This document shows positions 18,204-22,408 of a DNA stretch of 22,408 bases, one piece after another. The translations under genes were made by a program, and so were the position numbers. Position 1 is the first letter of the stretch, and each line of letters begins with the position of its first letter. Location of the stretch: positions 1 to 22,408 of the forward strand of contig JAEOSI010000011.1 of the NCBI GenBank assembly GCA_016840425.1, in the 5' to 3' direction. The DNA comes from Candidatus Wukongarchaeum yapensis (GTDB lineage: Archaea; Asgardarchaeota; Wukongarchaeia; Wukongarchaeales; Wukongarchaeaceae). The notes beneath the pieces are model-generated. The model worked only from the letters and a program-made list of their open reading frames with translations. It was not told the origin of the DNA and searched no databases.

Positions 18204-19797
18204 AACGGTAAAAATTGAAGAGAAAAGTTGTGAAGAGTTAATCATAGACGATTATAGAGTTGGAATTTTTTTCATAAAGATCTTTGATACTTATCCAGAG
18301 GCAACATATCAAGCAACGCCCTTAATATGTGAGGAAACTGCTAAAATAATGAAAAAAATCGCTAAAACAGTAGTTACAACCACTAAGCTACAGGATAGAA
18401 TATACAAATTAAATGAACTTCTCGAAATAATAAAAAAAGAAGCAACTATCTTATGGAAAAAATTAACTTATAAAAGACCATATATTTTTAGAGATGAGGA
18501 TTTAGAAGAAATATTGCTTCTAACCGCCTATCAAGTTATTGGTATGGCAGAGTTAACACCCCTACTTATGGACAGGTGGGTAAACGAGATATACCTGGAT
18601 AATCCTAAAACGCCGATATATATAGATCATTTAAAATGGGGGAGGTGCAAAACCAAGACATATTTAACAAGGGGGGAGATAGAGAAAATAGTGACAAGGA
18701 TAAGGATAGAGAACGATTTAGTGCTAAAATATACAAATCCTTCAATAAAAGGAGAGCTTGTCACAAAGAATTTTCATGCCCGTGTAACAATAGACGCCCC
18801 ACCTCTTGCCATTGATGGATTCCATATAGATATAAGAAAGTTAAGAAAAAAACCTTATACACTTCCAGAGTTAATAGCAAATAAAACATGTACATTAGAA
18901 GCTGCGGCATACATATATTACTGCCTTATTAATCGATGTAACATAACGGTTATAGGGGAACCGGGAGCTGGAAAAACGACAATGATAAACGCTTTAGATC
19001 TTTTAACCCCGCATATCTGGAGAAAAATAGTCATAGAAGACGCCATTGAAAGTATACCACAAACAGAGTATGGATTTCATCAACTACGTTTAAAATGTGG
19101 AAAACAAGATCTAGAGGAAAAAAATGGAAATGAGATCTATAATGAAAAGAGTAGAGAGATAGCAAAGCTTTTGCATCGCAGCCCTGACTGGGTATATCTT
19201 GGAGAAATATTATATCCAGAAGATGCAAGAGCTATGTTTCACGCTTTATCAGCAGGATTAAAAGGTCTTCAAACATGCCACGGAGAAACACCAGAAAACG
19301 TGATAATAAGATGGGTAATACACCATAAAATACCAGCCGTAGCCCTCCAACCTTTAGACTTAATTCTTCACATGAAAAAAATCGTTGAAAAAAGAGAAAT
19401 AAAAAGAAAACTTGTCCAAATATGCGAAATAAAAGACGTTATAGACATTAATAGGCAGGAGAATGGAGAAAAATTAGAGGAAAACGAAAAAACAGGGAGA
19501 AATCAAGAAAGAGGAGAAAAAATCATAGAACTACCAGATCAAAAAGTTGTTCTAGTAGACACTTTTCAATATTCTCCTAAAACAAACCAAGCAGAAAGAG
19601 TAATAAAAAATTTGTTCATGACACCCACTTTAGAAAAGATAAAAAGGTACAGTTATGTAAAAGAAGAAAGGTTTAAAGAAACGTTACAAAAGCTTGAAAA
19701 AACACTGAAAAACCTTACACTAACAAAAACATTTAACATAAAACAAGTGAAAAACAGCCTTCTAAACACAATCGGAGAAGGAAAAGAAATATCTTGA
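18187..19797 (+). CDS. Type II/IV secretion (TadA/CpaF/VirB11-like) ATPase
   Basis: Walker A GEPGAGKTT, Asp box IEDAIE, Walker B RSPDWVYLGEI, His-box-like QTCHG, and IDIRK and NEIYLD motifs. Confidence 0.92.
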   Translation: MYTKNETVKIEEKSCEELIIDDYRVGIFFIKIFDTYPEATYQATPLICEETAKIMKKIAKTVVTTTKLQDRIYKLNELLEIIKKEATILWKKLTYKRPYIFRDEDLEEILLLTAYQVIGMAELTPLLMDRWVNEIYLDNPKTPIYIDHLKWGRCKTKTYLTRGEIEKIVTRIRIENDLVLKYTNPSIKGELVTKNFHARVTIDAPPLAIDGFHIDIRKLRKKPYTLPELIANKTCTLEAAAYIYYCLINRCNITVIGEPGAGKTTMINALDLLTPHIWRKIVIEDAIESIPQTEYGFHQLRLKCGKQDLEEKNGNEIYNEKSREIAKLLHRSPDWVYLGEILYPEDARAMFHALSAGLKGLQTCHGETPENVIIRWVIHHKIPAVALQPLDLILHMKKIVEKREIKRKLVQICEIKDVIDINRQENGEKLEENEKTGRNQERGEKIIELPDQKVVLVDTFQYSPKTNQAERVIKNLFMTPTLEKIKRYSYVKEERFKETLQKLEKTLKNLTLTKTFNIKQVKNSLLNTIGEGKEIS

Positions 19798-19849
19798 TTG
19801 AAAGAAGGAGGGAAAAACCTCGACAACAAAAAATATAAACGGATTTTTT

Positions 19850-20695
19850 GTGAAAATTGCTAAATTATCATGCCGGAAAAATTCTTTAAGAGAACTTTTC
19901 AGCCATATAGTAAAAAAAAGATCAAAAACCAAGCTTTTAAAGAAAATATACGAACACTACGGAATAACACAGGAAGAAGTTTTAGGCGGTAGTATAATTA
20001 TTAGCCTCCTAGTAACAGCCACGATTTTTACAATAACAACCCTTACAAATATTTTTGATTTTTCACTAGGTATAAAAGTAATTATAAGCGTTTTAATCGG
20101 AAGCATCGTCTATTATTACTTCAATGAAAAGTTTATTAGAGACTATATAAAAAAATCACACCAGATAGAGATATACGCTGATCTAATTTTAGAAGAATTT
20201 ACTGCCATATTAACCGCTACAAATTCGATAACAGAAGCCATAACATACATAGCACAAGAAAACTATTCAGAAATTTCAAAAGCATTTAGAGAAATATTAA
20301 AACAGATAAATTACGGAAACCCACCCGAACTACTACTTTTAGAATATATCGAAAAAGGACAACCTTCCCAAACCCTAAGAGAAAACCTAACCACCATAAT
20401 ACAACTATACCAAACTAATAAAGAAGAAAAAACAGAAGAAACACTAAACCAATTATCAAAATACTATTCATGGAACGTCCAAAATAAATACATAGAAGAG
20501 ACCCAAAATCTAATGGCAAAAACCACTGCAACAATAACGTTCCTCACATTTTTCCCCATAACATACGCGATAATATCTATTTTAGGGGGGCATACTTCAG
20601 ATTTTTTTATCATAGCTCTCCCTTTTTTACAATTAACAATAGCAATGCTTGCCTATAAAAAAATCTTAACCAGCCAAATAGAACTAATAGAATAA
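19850..20695 (+). CDS. TadB/T2SS-F-like inner-membrane platform protein (N-terminal half)
   Basis: Two N-terminal TMs, a cytoplasmic T2SSF-like domain (NSITEAITYIA...ISKAFREILKQINYGNP) and two C-terminal TMs. Follows the ATPase gene. Confidence 0.78.
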   Translation: MKIAKLSCRKNSLRELFSHIVKKRSKTKLLKKIYEHYGITQEEVLGGSIIISLLVTATIFTITTLTNIFDFSLGIKVIISVLIGSIVYYYFNEKFIRDYIKKSHQIEIYADLILEEFTAILTATNSITEAITYIAQENYSEISKAFREILKQINYGNPPELLLLEYIEKGQPSQTLRENLTTIIQLYQTNKEEKTEETLNQLSKYYSWNVQNKYIEETQNLMAKTTATITFLTFFPITYAIISILGGHTSDFFIIALPFLQLTIAMLAYKKILTSQIELIE

Positions 20696-20783
20696 ACATT
20701 TAGACCGTTTAAAGGGGGTAAAACCATTTTATAAGCTCTTTAATAAAAAAGAAAAAACGTCGATAAACATATCGCAATATCTT

Positions 20784-21446
20784 ATGTTTTTAGGAACAGA
20801 GCTTGTAAAAGGAAAAAGCGTAGAACATGCACTATATGCAGCAATAAAAAAACACGGAGGAAAAAATAAGGAAATCCTCGAGAAAATAGCACAATATATC
20901 CAGTTAGGGATGCCTTTTGAAAGAATCATGGAAAAAACAATAAAAACAAAAGAAAAAGAAGAAGACGAAATAAACGGTCTAGACGAGAACACAAAAAAAG
21001 TATTAGAAATAACACAAAAAATAATAAAAAACAACCCAAAAAAAGCAGGAGAAACACTCATCCGCCTGTCGACAAAAATTGACGAAAATAAAAAACACAG
21101 AAAACGCCGAGAAACCATGATAAAAGCAGAAAAAACAAAAGCAACAATAACCATCTTCATAATCTTCGCAATCATGGGGCTCTTAGCAGGAATAACACCC
21201 CTCCTAACACTTGCCACAACCATAACAAAAACAAACCCACAAAACTACAGAACGATTGTAACCCAAACAGTAATCCAACAAAACCACATAACCACCCTAA
21301 CCCTCCTCATAACAACAATAATAACAGCACACTACACAGGAAAAATCACCATGACAGAAAAAACATGGAAAAACATACTCATCGGAACACTACTATTCCT
21401 AATAATATACCAAATAACAACCATAACAATAGCAAAAACACCCTAA
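20784..21446 (+). CDS. TadC/T2SS-F-like platform protein (the frame is open from 20691; possibly the C-terminal half of a fused gene)
   Basis: GKSVEHAL...ILEKIAQYIQLGMPFE T2SSF-like segment followed by three hydrophobic helices. Confidence 0.72.
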   Translation: MFLGTELVKGKSVEHALYAAIKKHGGKNKEILEKIAQYIQLGMPFERIMEKTIKTKEKEEDEINGLDENTKKVLEITQKIIKNNPKKAGETLIRLSTKIDENKKHRKRRETMIKAEKTKATITIFIIFAIMGLLAGITPLLTLATTITKTNPQNYRTIVTQTVIQQNHITTLTLLITTIITAHYTGKITMTEKTWKNILIGTLLFLIIYQITTITIAKTP

Positions 21447-21474
21447 AAAAGAAGAAAACAAGAGAGATTTATGA

Positions 21475-21579
21475 CGCCGGGGGTGGGATTCGAACCCACG
21501 CGACGCAAAGCGTCAGCAGGTAACCCGAAACCAAATCTATTACCTCAGAATAGGCATAAAATCAAGCACTCGAGCCTAC
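21475..21579 (-). tRNA. 5'-truncated tRNA-Ser(CGA) (positions 27-73 only) with a 47-nt intron at 37/38 (21522-21568)
   Basis: GTAGG-CTCGAG-[intron]-A-CCTGC, long variable arm GACGC/GCGTC, T-arm GTGGG-TTCGAAT-CCCAC, 3' acceptor strand CCCCGGC-G73. BHB helix CTCG/CGGG. No GCCGGGG or D-arm upstream. Confidence 0.8.
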
Positions 21580-21659
21580 AAACGAAGATATCACGCAAAA
21601 AAGCCGAAAAAACGCGTAGCGGATCTTTGCTTATACGTCCCTAAATAGTTGAGGAGATA

Positions 21660-22408
21660 CTACTCGATCCAAGACCTGTACTCCTTCGCCTGATCGTGTA
21701 ACCCCATCTTCTCACAAAGCTTCGCCCCCTCCTCGTAAAGCTCATTCGCCCTCTTCTGATCACCTAACTCCTCATAACACAACCCCGTGTTAATGAAGCA
21801 TTCGGATATACCACTTTTGTCCCCCAACTCCTCGAAGATCTTCAGAGCTCGCTGGAAGTACTCCAAAGCATCACCATAATCACCCTGATCATAAAAGATG
21901 GCGCCCATATTATTGAGGCAGAGGGACACACCACTCTTGTCCCCCAACTCCCCGAAGATCTTCAGAGCTCGCTGGAAGTGCTCTAAAGCCCTTTCATAAT
22001 CACCCTGATCATAAAAGATGAGGCCCATATTATTGAGGCAGAGGGATATGCCACTCTTGTCCTCCAACTCCTCAGCCATCTTCATAACTCTCTGAAAGTA
22101 CTCTAAAGCCCTTTCATAATCACCCTGATCATAAAAGATGAGGCCCATATTATTGAGGCAGAGGAATATGCCACCCTTGTCCCCCAACTCCCCGAAGATC
22201 TTCAGAGCTCGCTGGTAGTACTCCAAAGCATCCCCATAATCACCTTGAGCAGAGAAGGTGGCACTCATGCCGATGAGGGAGTTGGATATCCCGCCCTTGT
22301 CCCTCAACTCCTCGAAGATCTTCAGAGCTCGCTGGAAGTACTCCAAAGCATCACCATAATCACCCTGATCATAAAAGATGGCGCCCATATTATTGAGGCA
22401 GAGGGACA
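21660..22408 (-). CDS. Tetratricopeptide-repeat protein (40-aa repeats), 5'-incomplete
   Basis: Repeating unit NNMGLIFYDQGDYERALEYFQRALKIFEELGDKSGISLCL. The frame stays open to the window edge. Confidence 0.9.
   Translation of the reverse strand, partial: SLCLNNMGAIFYDQGDYGDALEYFQRALKIFEELRDKGGISNSLIGMSATFSAQGDYGDALEYYQRALKIFGELGDKGGIFLCLNNMGLIFYDQGDYERALEYFQRVMKMAEELEDKSGISLCLNNMGLIFYDQGDYERALEHFQRALKIFGELGDKSGVSLCLNNMGAIFYDQGDYGDALEYFQRALKIFEELGDKSGISECFINTGLCYEELGDQKRANELYEEGAKLCEKMGLHDQAKEYRSWIE
21781..22408. repeat. 120-bp tandem repeat array encoding the TPR units
   Basis: The units align at a 120-bp period. 21825-21928 is identical to 22305-22408, and 21981-22044 is identical to 22101-22164. 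Confidence 0.92.

Larger units (their letters stand above)
21580..22408. mobile_element. Possible end of an element integrated in tRNA-Ser(CGA), extending beyond the window
   Basis: It abuts a tRNA copy that starts at the anticodon stem, and the TPR gene is visibly GC-richer than the host genes. No integrase is visible in the window. Confidence 0.35.

Noticed and set aside
20729-21223. 164-aa minus-strand hydrophobic ORF (also 19031-19228)
   Set aside because: Antisense of A-rich Tad coding sequence, which gives spurious Phe/Ile/Val-rich frames.
21522-21568. tRNA-Ser intron as an embedded C/D-box guide RNA
   Set aside because: It has a CTGA but no convincing RTGATGA C box, and it is short for a guide.
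21571-21648. Plus-strand frame RAYKRRYHAKKPKKRVADLCLYVPK* as a split-integrase fragment
   Set aside because: No recognisable tyrosine-recombinase motif and too short to assess by eye.

Overview
AT-rich archaeal chromosomal window, probably from an Asgard or related TACK-adjacent lineage. That placement is an inference from a branched H98/ES39-like insert in the 23S rRNA, an unlinked 23S gene, a Trx-V4R protein and SmAP3. From left to right: (1) about 3.9 kb of accessory or decaying DNA, with a Ycf46-like AAA ATPase, an HTH protein, a small membrane protein, a double zinc ribbon, two gene fragments and several tandem duplications; (2) a housekeeping block of nadM, a thioredoxin-V4R-V4R protein, tRNA-Val, tsr3, rpl6, rps8 and RNase P RNA; (3) a stand-alone 23S rRNA on the minus strand with a bulge-helix-bulge (BHB) processing stem; (4) an orphan with two novel-looking Cys4 repeats, tRNA-His, tRNA-Glu, a 57-aa Flp-like prepilin missed by the ORF track, tRNA-Leu, PAC2 and SmAP3; (5) an operon-like unit of a divergent TFB, a TadA/VirB11-type ATPase and two TadB/TadC-like ORFs that may be one frameshifted gene; (6) a tRNA-Ser(CGA) lacking its first 26 nt (att site or split tRNA), followed by a GC-richer 120-bp-repeat TPR gene running off the window. 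All five tRNA loci carry introns, seven in total and at least five at non-canonical positions. All structures and translations were worked out by hand and no searches were run.
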